Origin: Macrostomum hystrix | Taxonomy: Eukaryota; Animalia; Platyhelminthes | DNA: 64,000 nucleotides | Reading direction: 5' to 3' | NCBI GenBank assembly: GCA_950097015.1 | Contig: CATNEN010000038.1 | Location: 15,624,001 to 15,688,000 of the forward strand | Part shown: positions 26,401 to 38,834 of the stretch, piece after piece | How positions within the stretch are numbered: position 1 is the stretch's first letter | How the letters are laid out: every line of letters starts with the position of its first letter | Notes under the pieces: model-generated | Database searches by the model: none | The model's input: only the letters and a program-made list of their open reading frames with translations | Told to the model about the DNA's origin: nothing | Translations under genes and position numbers: made by a program

Positions 26401-29400
26401 AGGCCGGATCAGGTAACTGTGCTCGGCATGCTACTCACAATAAGTAGTGCATTAAAAAAACTAAACCTAAACCTAATACAGTTGAACCAAAAGTTGTTCA
26501 GTCCATGATAGACAGGCAGATAGACATATTGAAATAAATATCGATTGATTTAATATTTACTCGACTTGAATACAATTAGATTGATCTATGCATAGACGGA
26601 TTGATTGATTAGACGATATATGATAGTTTGATAGACTCCTACATCGAGTACATATATTGATTGCTAGATTGTTAGATTGGTATAATATTGATAGATTTAT
26701 CAAATGATCGATTGATACACGTAGATAGATAGATTGATTGAAAGATTGACATATTTATCTTTTGATCGATGGACAGATTGACAGATTGATCGATTGACAG
26801 ATTGATCGATTGACAGATTGATCGATTGACAGATTGATCGATTGACAGATTGATCGATTGACAGATTGATCGATTGACAGATTGATCGATTGACAGATTG
26901 ATCGATTGACAGATTGATCGATTGACAGATTGATCGATTGACAGATTGATCGATTGACAGATTGATCGATTGACAGATTGATCGATTGACAGATTGATCG
27001 ATTGACAGATTGATCGATTGACAGATTGATAGCTTCTGTCCCTATCAAAACCCTCCCAGGCTCCAATCCTTCGCTTCGGGTCGCACACGCACGGCTCCAA
27101 GTCGGTGACACGGCCCGTTAGGCTGAACAATCGCAGTCCCTTCGCCCTGCGCCTCGACTGGCGCGTCTTCAACATTCAGCCCGGTGACGACCAGCTGCTG
27201 GACCTGCTGTGCGACTTTGGCCGGCAGTTTCCACCGCTGGACGCCAACGGCGAGGAGATTCTGCCGCCTGTGCCGACTGGCGCCGATGGCGAGGACGATC
27301 CGGCCGGCTCGCATCGTCCGGCAACCGGCGCCCTGCCGCCGGACAGTCCCGACACCAGCGCGGCTCCGTCCAGACTGACTGGCGTCGCCGACGATGATGA
27401 CGCCGACGAGAAGCCGAGGCCTCCTTCGCCACCGCCGCTTAGACCGGTGGTGATCAATGTTCGACCTCACGAGGGGCGACCTGCTCTGGCGCCTTTCAGA
27501 GTGTCGCCGGAACAGCTGGTGAGCGGCATAGTAGAGTATAGTACATAGTATAGTAGATTTAAAATAATTCTAGCAACTTTTTATTTGTGCCATTCTTGTA
27601 AATTTGTGTGGAAACGTGTGCGAAACTTGTAACGCTTAAAAATGCATGCCTAATTATTATTATTATCAGGAGAGCTGCGTACAATGGCACATCATTTGGT
27701 GACACACTAGACCTGCAGCCAGCGAGCGAGGAGGCAATTCTGTCCATTTCGCTGACTCCTGAGCACACGCACACAGATACTGTACACAGGCACAGGCTCA
27801 CACAGGTGTGTACATCTGTCCTTGACTTTCTCATCGTCAGGCAGTGTACACTCTCACTGTGCCTTGGAGGTTGACCCTGGAGGGCGTAATTTGCACGACA
27901 AGCCCCCAAGACATCTCTCCGCGGCTGCGACCCAAATAAATGTGGCCTTGCCGCGTAATCGAACTTAGGGACCTTGGTGCGAGAGACAAGGGACCGTTCT
28001 GCCATCGACCCCCCCAATGCATGCCTATGGCTTCTTGTGGCTGAAATCTCCTATACGAAATCTTCGAAATTTGATTGTTTGAACTTTTGAGGATGTCAAT
28101 CAAACCATTGCCCATTTAATTATGTAATTACAGAAGCATAACAAAAACTCATTTTTGAAGCAATCAAGATGTTTGTGTCTCACAATTTTCGTATAATATA
28201 AATGAAAGTAATTTTGTTAATTTTTTCCCAGACTCTGCATCCGGAGAGTTACGATTACGTCCACGTGACCTTCGACTCAAACAGCATCGACACCGTTACT
28301 GAGGCCATGGACTTTAGCACCTACTTGCTAGCTTTCATGAGCCTGGATGAGGAGAGGGTAATTTTAAAACAGAAAACAAACCCATCCTCGGTCATCCACC
28401 AATCCTTAGATACCACGCGATCCATAGACAACCCATACTTAGACACCCACCTCATCTACATGCAACCACCTCATCGACAGACGTGCACCTCGTATTTTGA
28501 TACTTACCTCTGCCCAAGATACCTACCTCATCCTCAGGCGCCCACCTCATACCAAGGCACCCACCTCATACCAAGGCACCCACCTCATACCAAGGCACCC
28601 ACCTCATACCAAGGCACCCACCTCATCCTCAGACACCCCCCTAATCACAAGACACCCACATCATCCCAAGACACCCACCTCATTCCTAGATACACACATC
28701 ATCCCAAGACACCCACCTCATCCTTAGACACCCACCCCATCTCCAGACACCCACCCCATCTTCAGACAACCACCCCATCACCAGACACCAATCCCATTTC
28801 CAGAAACCCACCTCATTTTAGACTCTCCGCTAGTTAGAGCTTGCTTGCATATTGGCAGATCGCATTTAAGTCACGTGACCAATTCTTTTCAGGCTCAAGT
28901 ACCTGGCAAGGTCAGCCGCGGCACTGGACACGGAGCCGATCAACTCAGGCTTGACGTCACTGGTTCGATTGTGTGCCCTGAGTGAGTTTATCTTAATGCA
29001 TCTTTCCAAACGTATGTTAGATTGACAAAATAAAAGCGGAAAACTCCATCAGGAAACCTGATAATCCATGCAGACATATAATAACTTTTTTAACTACCCC
29101 CACTTATCAATGAAGGCTGGACGTCGACTACAACAACGACGACGGCTTCGCCTTTAACTCCGCGGCCAGCGACCTCCTGCTGATGCCACTGCCGGCAGCC
29201 GCTCCGGAGTCCATCGGGCCAGCCAAGACCGCCTTCGCCACCCTGCGGAACCTTCGCGACACCCCGCTGTCCTTCCACCTCTATCTGGACGCTCCCTTCG
29301 GCATTGTGCAGCCGAAATCTGCCGCGGCTGCAGCCTCCCAGCCGCATCGCCCGATGCCCGATGAAGACAAGGACGCCGGCGACGAAGCAGGATCTTGCAG

Positions 29401-31584
29401 CGTCGGCTGGTCAGCCGCCTGCGGACCAATCAGCCTGACACCGCGCCAGACCTGCCTACTGGAGGTGGGCTTCACCTTCGACTGGACGATGCTGCCCCTG
29501 CTACGGCAGACACCGGAAAAACTCCAAGCCAAGGGCGTCGGCCTGACGACCAACGATGCAACGGGCGAGAGGTGCTTGAAGTTCCAAGGCCGCCTGCTGA
29601 TGAAGTTCGCCAACGGCACGGACCAGTCGCTGCCTCTGTCGGCCTGCCTGCGGCTGCCGAGTCTCGCCGTCAGCCAGACGGTGTTAGACTTTGGCGTCTG
29701 CATGGTCGGCCAGAGGCGGGAGCTGAACTTCACTCTGTTAAATTCCACGGCTTCTGGCTCCAAGTGGAGCGCCAAGTTGGGTGAGGATCCCATCGACAAT
29801 GATCCCATCGACAATGCTCCCATCGACAATGATCCCATCGTCAATGATCCCATCGACAATGATCCCATCGACAATGCTCCCATCGTCAATGCTCCCATCG
29901 TCAATGATCTTAACGTCAATGATCTTATCGTCAATGACCCCCATTGACAATGATCCCATCGACAATGCTCCCATTGACAATGATCCCATCGACAATGCTC
30001 CCATCGTCTATGCTCCCATCGACAAGGCTCTCATCGTCAATGAACCCATCGTCAATGATCCCATTGACAATGATCCCATTGACAATGATCCCATCGACAA
30101 TCGTCTATGCTCCCATCGACAAGGCTTCCACCGTCAATGATCACATCGTCAATGATCCCATCGTCAATGATCACGTCGTCAATGATCCCATCGTCAATGA
30201 TCCCATACCTTACCATTTCAGTCCACCTATCTGACACTTGTGAGCAGAGCAGCACTTTCACCTTCACGCCGGAAAATGGCTACCTTGACGGCAATATTAC
30301 CTATCTGTCTAGGAACAAAATGTTGATTAAAGTCTTCTTCACGCCAAAGTAAGTTTAAAACGCTGACGACACTACTTTTACATAGGATCAGTAGTGTATT
30401 AAGCATTATTTAAATATTCACTTTTTATTACTTAACTAATTGAATTGAACTAATGCTGTAAAAAAAGTCTGCGAGTGCAGACGGCTGTTTGTCGCGGCAA
30501 AAAAACTATTTTGCTACAGCGGACGCCGCGGATGAAAAGCCGCCACTTAGCGTACTGCTGACACTTCGACGACGAGTGCTGGGAGAGTAATTTTTTTTTT
30601 TTTGGTTAGTTGCGCACAAAATAGCAATCACCGGTTTATTCGGCATGCTTCTGAAATGGCAGTTTCCTAGTATCTAAAAAGGGTCTTGAAACACATTGGG
30701 CTGCAACAGAAAACCTACCACGACTTGATTAATTTATCGCAAAAATATTTCACTTTGGTGGAAACGTAACGGCGATGATGACTTTTCGAATATTTATGGC
30801 CCTTGAAAGCACTGTAACTATGGCCTTTAACGACCTCGTCATTCCTAAAATTCCTTCTTTTTTACTAAGAATGCAATCATACAGCCAAGATCCCATCACC
30901 CAGATCCCATCAACCAGATCCCATCACTCAGATCCCATCACCCAGATCCCATCACCCAGATCCCATCACCCAGATCCCATCACCCAGATCCCATCAACCA
31001 GATCCCATCACCCAGATCTCATCACCCAGATCCCATCACCCAGATCTCATCACCCAGATCCCATCACCCAGATCAAATCACCCAGATCCCATCAATCAGA
31101 TCCCATCACACCCAGATCCCATCACTCGATCCCATCACTCGATCCCATCCCTCAGATCCCATCACTCAGATCCCATCAGCCAGATCAAATCACCCAGATC
31201 CCATCACCCAGATTCCATCACCCAGATATCATCACCCAGATCCCATCACCCAGATTCCATCACCCAGATATCATCACCCAGATCCAATCACCCAGATCCC
31301 ATCACCCAGATCCCATCACCAAGATCCCATCACCCAGATCCCATCAACCAGATCCCATCAACCAGATCCCATCACCCAGATCCCATCACCCAGATCAAAT
31401 CACACAGATGCCATCATCCAGATCCCACTTTAACAAATTTCCCTAAATTTAATAAAACAGGCACGCCGAGTCCTACTCAGCCGACATGGAATTCCGCGGA
31501 GTTCTCGAGGAGGAGGTCCGAGTTGTTCGAATCATTGGCAGTGGTTCATACGATGAGCAGTACAAGACCATCTATAACGAGTGA
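14427..31584 (+). CDS. DLEC1: Deleted in lung and esophageal cancer protein 1 orthologue (ciliary ASH/PapD-like repeat protein), about 1750 aa, 15 exons
   Basis: Exons 14427-15203, 15302-15477, 16490-16571, 18784-19048, 21892-22025, 22548-23564, 23975-24514, 24822-25248, 26168-26412, 27060-27518, 28232-28357, 28893-28981, 29116-29780, 30222-30348 and 31461-31584. All GT-AG, frame-continuous, 5253 nt in total. Recognisable DLEC1 motifs: YLPNPKF; FSDYQIGQVYQ..LRNIS..RYVRAIPP..YFSL..GQFPG..GEVAPG..F.PDSLRDFED..IETQ..ARRPRPVLT; YNDMWGSYTD; C-terminal GSGSYDE. Confidence 0.93.
15526..15891 (-). mobile_element. SINE family 2, full length with TSD
   Basis: A box TGGCAGAGTGG, B box GTTCGATTCC, (ATT)n tail, and 13-bp TSD TTGACTCAATCAA (15513-15525, 15892-15904). 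Confidence 0.9.
16676..17877. repeat. Minisatellite, 20-bp unit AAGTGATGGAAACTTGTTGG, about 60 copies
   Basis: Directly visible; DLEC1 intron 3. Confidence 0.95.
17945..18080 (+). mobile_element. SINE family 1, internally deleted copy
   Basis: tRNA-like head and start of the CORE-like domain joined directly to the CTGCACATCTG 3' end. Confidence 0.75.
19090..20930. repeat. Pyrimidine-rich minisatellite, 17-bp unit CCCGTCTCTTCTCCCCT, more than 100 copies
   Basis: Starts about 40 nt after the DLEC1 exon 4 donor. Confidence 0.97.
23620..23937. repeat. Minisatellite, 17-bp unit GGGAGTGAGGTGGCTGC
   Basis: Fills most of DLEC1 intron 6. Confidence 0.9.
24638..24717. repeat. 7-bp repeat TAGGAT(T/C)T
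   Basis: Directly visible; DLEC1 intron 7. Confidence 0.8.
25340..25990. repeat. Degenerate 27-bp repeat AAACAGGGGAATCCCAAGGCTAGCACT
   Basis: Directly visible; DLEC1 intron 8. Confidence 0.8.
26772..27030. repeat. Minisatellite, 16-bp unit GACAGATTGATCGATT
   Basis: Ends about 30 nt before the DLEC1 exon 10 acceptor. Confidence 0.95.
27653..28015 (-). mobile_element. SINE family 2, full length with TSD
   Basis: Homologous to 15526; 12-bp TSD AATGCATGCCTA (27641-27652, 28016-28027). Confidence 0.9.
28435..28820. repeat. Degenerate 19-bp repeat CACCCACCTCATACCAAGG
   Basis: Directly visible; DLEC1 intron 11. Confidence 0.85.
29786..30206. repeat. Minisatellite, 15-bp unit GATCCCATCGACAAT
   Basis: Runs from intron position +6 to about 15 nt before the acceptor of DLEC1 intron 13. 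Confidence 0.93.
30886..31426. repeat. Minisatellite, 14-bp unit CAGATCCCATCACC
   Basis: Ends about 35 nt before the last DLEC1 acceptor. Confidence 0.93.
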
Positions 31585-31819
31585 GCAGTGTCTGAACAGC
31601 TCGCGATGACTAGTTTTTTTTCCCAACGAAGGACAGTAAATGCTCTTATTCTATTTTTCGAAGATTTTCAAATTGCAGTGTGACTTTTTTTAATGAAACT
31701 TCTTTTAGAGAAGATTTTATTCTTAAAATACAATTGTTAACAAAAATATGAGATTTTATTGAAATATTAATTACAATACTTTTGTCTTCATTTTAAAATC
31801 ACAGAATTCTCAACAAGAC

Positions 31820-32470
31820 TTAAGTGACAGACACAAGGAGAAGACAGTGGAGAATTGAGAATGACAGACACAATGAGGAGAGTGACAGACACGAGAAGGA
31901 GAGTTGCAGACACAAGCAGGAGAGTGAAAGACACGTGGTGGAGAGTGACAGACACGAGGAGGAGAGTGACAGACACAAGCAGTAGAGTGACAGACACGTG
32001 GTGGAGTGTGACAGACTTAAGGAGGAGAGTGAGAGACATGAGGAAGAGAGTGACAGACACGAGTAGGAGAGTTACAGACACAAGCAGGAAAGTGACAGAC
32101 ACAAGCAGGAGAGTGACAGACGCAAGCAGGAGAGTGACAGAAACGAGTAGGAGAGTGACAGACACAAGGAGAGTGACAGACACGAGGAGGAGAGTGACAG
32201 ACTTAAGGAGGAGAATGACAGACATGAGGAAGAGAGTGACAGTCATGAGGAGGAAAGTGACAGACACGAGTAGGTGAGTGACAGATATGAGGAGGAGAGT
32301 GACGGACACGGGTGGAGTGTGACAGGCACAAGGAGGAGAGTGAAAGACTTAGGAGGAGAGTGAAAGACTTAGGAGGAGAGTTATAGACATGAGGAGGAAA
32401 GGGACAGACACGAGTAGGAGAGTGACGTACATGAGGAGGAGAGTGACAGACACAAGCAGGAGAGTGAGAG
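31820..32470. repeat. Minisatellite, 21-bp unit GAGAGTGACAGACACAAGCAG
   Basis: Lies just downstream of the DLEC1 stop codon. Confidence 0.9.
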
Positions 32471-32964
32471 TATAGAATATGCATAGCGTCATTTAGAGTG
32501 CCTCTGTGGTAAACCTAAATCTAAAATTGTGGGTAGACCCACAGCTAGCCATATGTTGTTCTATATGGATGATGATGACAAAGTGCGCATGTATGTGTGT
32601 GTGGCAGGCAGAGGAAACCGAAGGACCAAAATAGCAGCGACGGCCTAAGCCAGATGGTGTGGCTAAATGCTTTTCGCATGACACTGGCGAGCGAATTCCG
32701 TTGGGAATCGCTTTTTTGACAGTTTGAATAATTTTTTTGCGTGTTTAGCCTCGATAGATTAGATAAGGCTGTCGATTCGAAAATAGCCCAGAGTTTACAT
32801 GGCAGCACCATTCCTCTAGCAGTTGGTTGCTTTCAAAATTCTTTCATTACGTTTTTAGAGTGCAAGTGACGTTTTGTCTAAAATTTTCTCTGAAGTGAGT
32901 TAGGCAGGGTTCAAAGGAAGATTTGAAGATTATTAATTTTTATTCTTCGTCAGGCCAGAAAGCA

Positions 32965-34280
32965 AGACGAGAGAGGGAGATTGAGAGGAGAGAGAGGTAA
33001 GAGAGAGATGAGGAGATGAGGGAGCGAGAGGAAGAGAGAGGTGAGAAAGATGATGGAGAGAAAGGAAGATGATCAAGGAGAGAGAGGAAGAGGATGAGGG
33101 AGAGAGAGGAAGAGGATGAGGGAGAGAGAGGTAGAGGATTAGGGAGAGAGAGGTAGAGGATTAGGGAGAGAGAGGTAGAGGATGAAGGAGAGAAATGAAG
33201 AGGATGAAGGAGAGAGAGGAGGAGGATGAAGGAGAGAGAGGAAGAGGATGAGGGAGAGAGAGGAAGAGGATGAGGGAGAGAGAGGTAGAGGATTAGGGAG
33301 AGAGAGGTAGAGGATGAAGGAGAGAAATGAAGAGGATGAAGGAGAGAGAGGAGGAGGATGAAGGAGAGAGAGGAAGAGGATGAAGGAGAGAGAGGAAGAG
33401 AATGAGAGAGAGAGAGGAAGACGATGAAGGAGAGAGAGGTAGAGGATGAGGGAGAGAGATGTAGTGGATGAGGGAGAGAGAGGTAGAGGATGAGGGAGAA
33501 AGAGGTAGAGGATGAAGGGAAAAGATGGAAAGAGGATGAGGGAGAGAGAGGAAGAGGATTAGGGAGAGATGAAGAGGATGAAGAGAAAAGAGGGAAAAAG
33601 GATGAGGGAGAGAGAGGTAGAGGATGAAGGGAAAAGATGGAAAGAGGATGAGGGAGAGAGAGGAAGAGGATTAGGGAGAGATGAAGAGGATGAAGGGAAA
33701 AGAGGGAAAAAGGATGAGGGAGAGAGAGGTAGTGGATGAGGGAGAGAGAGGAAGAGGATGAGGGAGAGAGAGGTAGTGGATGAGGGAGAGAGAGGAAGAG
33801 GATGAGGGAGAGAGAGGTAGAGGATGAGGTAGAGAGTAGTAGTGGATGAGGGAGAGAGAGGAAGAGGATGAAGGAGAGAGGAAGAGGATGAGGGAGAGAA
33901 AGGAAGAGGATGAGGGAGAGAGAGGTAGAGGATGAAGGGAAAAGAGGGAAAGAGGATGAGGGAGAGAGAGGTAGAGAATGAGGGAGAGAGAGGTAGTGGA
34001 TGAGGGAGAGAGAGGTAGAGGATGAGGGAGGGAGAGGTAGTGGATGAGGGAGAGAGAGGAAGAGGATGAGGGAGAGAGAGGTAGTGGATGAGGGAGAGAG
34101 AGGAAGAGGATGAGGGAGAGAGAGGTAGAGGATGAGGTAGAGAGTAGTAGTGGATGAGGGAGAGAGAGGAAGAGGATGAGGGAGAGAGAGGTAGAGGATG
34201 AGGTAGAGAGAGGTAGAGGATGAGGGAGAGAGAGGAAGAGGATGAATGGAAAAGAGGGAAAAAGGATGAGGGAGAGAGTG
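32965..34280. repeat. Polypurine minisatellite, about 22-bp unit GAAGAGGATGAGGGAGAGAGAG
   Basis: Directly visible; intergenic. Confidence 0.93.
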
Positions 34281-35426
34281 AATAAAGAGCTAGCTAAACG
34301 GACAGGCTAACAGATCGCCGAAAAGTGCCAGACAGAAAGTTCCAAATGTCTGATAAGCGATTAATAAATGGCCATATTTCCTTTGGAACTAGATAGGACA
34401 AACACAATAACAGCTTCCCGACTGCAAGCACACGGCAGGTAACAAATGGGCAGGTAGAGGCAATAAAAATGTGCACAAATATTTGCGCTGCATATCAGAT
34501 GATAATGTATATAAATACCTGGCACTATATAAAGTACTTACAACTGTCGTAGGTTGGCATTTTGCCCAGTTATTTGTCTAATGGATTGCTGTTGTTTGAA
34601 CAGCAAATGGACACACACTTGCGCCTGACCTACTACACGGTGCGCAATGCATCAATACTATTCAGACTGTGTTTACCCATCACACACTCACCTGTCCACT
34701 GCATCCTGTCAAATGACAAGTTCCATATGCCAAATAAGGCCACCCATACAGTAAAACTCAAGTAACTAAGACATCAGGTAAAAGCCCTTTCTGTTTCCTG
34801 TTTGGGCTCTTCCACCCGCGATCACTATGCGACTAAACTGCAATCATAAACTAGCTTTGACTGCGATGCTTAAATATTGCCATATTGGGGTCTGTTAATA
34901 AAGGACAGGATTTGTGCCACTGTCATGGAGTCGAGAATCGAAACCCCGATCTTCGAGTAGACAGTTGGAAACTTTGATTCCAAGAGTGCAAATAATATCT
35001 TTCTACTTCTAGTTCTGATTGCACTTGAATTTAATCAGTCAGTCTATAGTTCATTAGCTAGAACAGACATAATTAAGCCCTCCAGACTTACTAAGGGTTA
35101 ATTTATCAAGAGGTTATCAAGCGATGACGCTAACTTTTCTAAGCATCAGTCAGTTACAACTTCCTAACTGTAGTAGGGTTATAAGAATGCATTTAAAAGT
35201 GCATTCTTAATTAACCAAGCCTCTGGAATGACTAGTATGCGTCGCTATACTCTGTATATAATATTTGACTGACAGGTCAAAGACAGGACAAGTGCGCGCG
35301 AACTAAGCTTTCTCTACTGATACTTAGATTTTTTGTAGATTGGTATAATTATCTTTGCTTTAGTTAAAGCAAGGTGTTATAGAGTATTGATTACCTGAAC
35401 AGTCCAGTTTATAGAAAAAAAAATTT

Positions 35427-37324
35427 TGTACTCGTACTTTAACTATCTTTGTTGTTAGTTGACCGATGCCGCTGCTTAAGCAGCCATAGACTGTTCTGTA
35501 CCCCACTTAACAAGTGCGCGAGGCCCAGCCCATCGCAAATAGATTCACCTTCTTGCGTTCCCTTCTGCATCTCGCATTAGTGACTTAGTTACAAGCTATC
35601 GCGGCGGAAGATGCGCAGACCCAGTACCCGGCCTCCGATGAGACTTTCAGGAGGCTGGGCTCGTCGGTTTCGCGTCGAGCCCAAAGCGTGATAGGAGATT
35701 CAGAACGCGTTCGTTCGGGACACTGTCATTGGCCACGATAATGTCGTCTATGTACGAGTCGGTGCCAGCGCGCATGTCCTCCTCCATAGAGAGCATTCTG
35801 TTGACTACCGCGGTCATGATTCTCGGAGCCACGTTCAGGCCAAAGCCGAGTATCGTTAGGCAGTAGCGGCGGCCTTTGAACTCCACCACCTGGTAACGCC
35901 AGAGCGAGGGCTCAACTCTCAACTGCAGGTAGGCCTTTAGCAGGTTAATGACGCTGGTATTGTCGCCCAGTGGCCTCCAATCGCGAATATTTGCTCCGCA
36001 GACGACGCTATCGGCAGTGTGGCTAGATACGTGCTGATTCAACTCACGATAGTCCATTACAGGTCTCACCTTCGCTTTGTTGACTTGCATAACCGCCATC
36101 AGTGGGATTATACCGTTGCACTCGCCGTCGAACGGCACGAGCCAGCCAGACGCAATCCACTCCCTGATCTCGGCCTCGTAATCTTCCGTTGCTTCCGGGG
36201 CACTCTGTTAGATAAGCTTGGAGCTTCTCCGAGCCACTTCCATGCAACCGTCCATTTACTGTCTGCGAACCAAGCAGAGAAGTCCACGTCCTCGATCAGC
36301 ACGCGGTTATCGTCGCCTGATGGACTAGAAGCCGACTTGGCTTCACTTAGTAGCGCACATGGTTTGAGTACCGAGTCTTCGGTCCGCTCGAACCCCGGAT
36401 GGCGCTCTTGCAATGCTGAATCACTGTTTGAGCCACCCACCGCTGAGGCCGAGTCTCTCGCCGGGCCACTCGCCGCTGATGACGAGTCTCTCGCCGGGCC
36501 TCTCGCCGCCGATGACGAGTCTCTCGCTGGACCACTCGCCGCTGAGGCCGAGTCTCTCGCCGGGACTGCTCTGGGAGGCTGCTCTGAGCGTCTTGTAGTT
36601 AGTCTTGCTGGCTTCGTCTAGGCCTTGGTAGACGGCAAAGGCACCCCCCGTTAGGAAGAGTGGCAGAAAGGAAGCCAGGTCGGTGATCTTCTGCAGCTTA
36701 GTCCATCGACCTCCACTGTAGCCCCTTGTCTCTGGCCTGTCACGCGCCCCCTTGGCCATTCAGCCCAGCAGAATGCTCAGCACTTACGACTGGAAACAGC
36801 CCAAGTTGTTTCTCCCCGAGGCCTCTGAGACACCGGAGTCAAACCCTGCCCTGCCGGTCGGAACGGAAGTGTTCGTCAAGCCGCCGGCAGTCAGGTGTAC
36901 CGACGAGTGGCTACAGTGGAGGTCGATGGACTTCCCCGTCACATTTCTGACGTCCGGCCGGCCCCAGGCTCGCAACCACAGCCGCCTGGAGTAGAGCGAG
37001 CCGTTGAGCGGAACGGCAAACCCCGGCGGTCAAGTCGCGAGAGGTCGGCACCAGTCCGCTACGAAGCTTAATCTCTTTTAATCTTGAGATCAGGGAGAAA
37101 TGTTGTACTCGTACTTTAACTACTTTATCTTTATCTTTATCTTTGTTGTTAGTTGACCGATGCCGCTGCTTAAGCAGCCATAGACTGTTCTGACCGATGC
37201 CGCTGCTTAAGCAGCCATAGACTGTTCTGTACCCCACTTAACAAGTGCGTGAGGCCCAGCCCCTCGCAAATAGATTCACCTTCTTGCGTTCCCTTCTGCA
37301 TCTCGCATTAGCGACTTAGTTACA
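35427..37324 (+). mobile_element. Deleted, rearranged Ty3/gypsy-type LTR retrotransposon
   Basis: Near-identical LTRs at 35427-35593 and 37104-37324 with TGTA...TACA ends. 5-bp TSD AATTT at 35422-35426 and 37325-37329. Purine tract CAGGGAGAAA before the right LTR. Integrase C-terminal remnants on the + strand (VGTEVFVKPPAVRCTDEW; TVEVDGLPRHISDVR). Confidence 0.88.
35647..36330 (-). pseudogene. Reverse transcriptase fragment of the LTR element
   Basis: KVRPVMDYRELN...NLLKAYLQ...LGFGLNVAP...SYIDDIIV. Frameshifted upstream and truncated before RNase H. The first catalytic Asp position reads N. Confidence 0.85.
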
Positions 37325-37939
37325 AATTTAACTGAGGAACATATCAAAATAGAGGCGATTTTGTCGCCCTTTATAGCCGAGTAGCCAAAGCAACCATCAA
37401 TGCGGCCTTTAATGTTTTGAAAAAAGTATTTATTTTTTCTTTTTAATTACAGACAGTAATAAATGATAATAATAATCAACAGGTGAGCCAGCGAGGAGGT
37501 AGTTCCATTTATTCCCCGTTGACAACTTGACCAATTGACTTTGCTAGCCAGCCTGCACTCTCACCTGCATCTGCCACAGGGGTTGTCAAGCGTGTGAGAT
37601 TCAGCTTAATAAAAGTGCAATTTTTACATAAAGACACACTCAATCATTAGGAACACACAAACATAATAGAATCGAAATGGCCTTTGCATAGGTGGCGCCG
37701 TAAAAAACGTAAAAACAAAACTAATTACTAAAAAAGCAAAGTTTATGCAGAGTAACAATAAAACAAATAAGTAAGTAAGCTACTGCGAGTTAGTAAAAAA
37801 GAGTACATTTTAATTAGTGTTAGTAAAAAATAAAAATAGCAATAACTTAATTGCTAAGTTATAAACAGGAGGCAGAAAATGGGTCGAAACGGGATATGGG
37901 AAATTAATCCCATTTTATTATTAAAAATAATACTTGATT

Positions 37940-38425
37940 AAAAGAATTCCGCCTTTGTGATTTTGATGGGATTCCGACAAATTGAGATTTTTACTTAAGG
38001 GGTTTCTTACAAATAGACAATTTAATTAATTAGGCTTTTGACTGATGATTTTGAACAACTGTGACTTTGACTTATTAATATTTAGATTAATTAAGATTTA
38101 TAACTTTTGGGATTTTCAATAATTGGGATTTCGAACCATAGGAGTTTGACTAACTGGGATATTTCTTAGTTGTCATTTTGACTAAAAGTGATTTTTAATA
38201 ATAAGGATTTTTGGTTACTAATTGAGATTTTTTACTAATTTAGATAAAAAAAACTGTGGTTTTATTAGTCTAAATTTTGACTAATTGGGATTTTCATTAA
38301 GTGCGATATTTATTAACTAGGATATTTATTAACTAGGATATTTATTAATTGTGATTTTTTGTAATTTCGATTTTTACTAATTGGGATTCTTTTACTAATT
38401 TGGATTTTTAAAATTGGGATTCGAC
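37940..38425. repeat. Old degenerate repeat (TTACTAATTGGGATTT-like)
   Basis: Recurrent ACTAATTGGGATTT motif. Confidence 0.6.
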
Positions 38426-38834
38426 TTACTCAAGTGAACGAAAATCTCGCAACTACGAGTACTTATCATAGCTGGACCTATAAATATGAAACAAATGAGG
38501 AACAAGACACTGTGAAATTCCAAGATGAAAATACGAGAAAGAACAGAAACAATGGACGATAAGACGCCGATGAAAATGACTAAAACAATTGATAAACATT
38601 TTCTGTGAAGATGCTGACGCCTATTTATAGCTGAGAATGCCGTGCATTTTTGTTCTCCAAAATAAAAAATAATAAGACACAACACAATATAACAAATTAA
38701 AAAGCGTTTCTTAAAAAAGCCGAGCTAGTTTTCAAGGTTCCGGTGCATTAAAAAACTGGTTGATTTTCTAATGCCACGTATTTTCTTATCCACTGTCCAC
38801 TATCCACTGACGTTGATCGTTAAACTTTGCAAGA

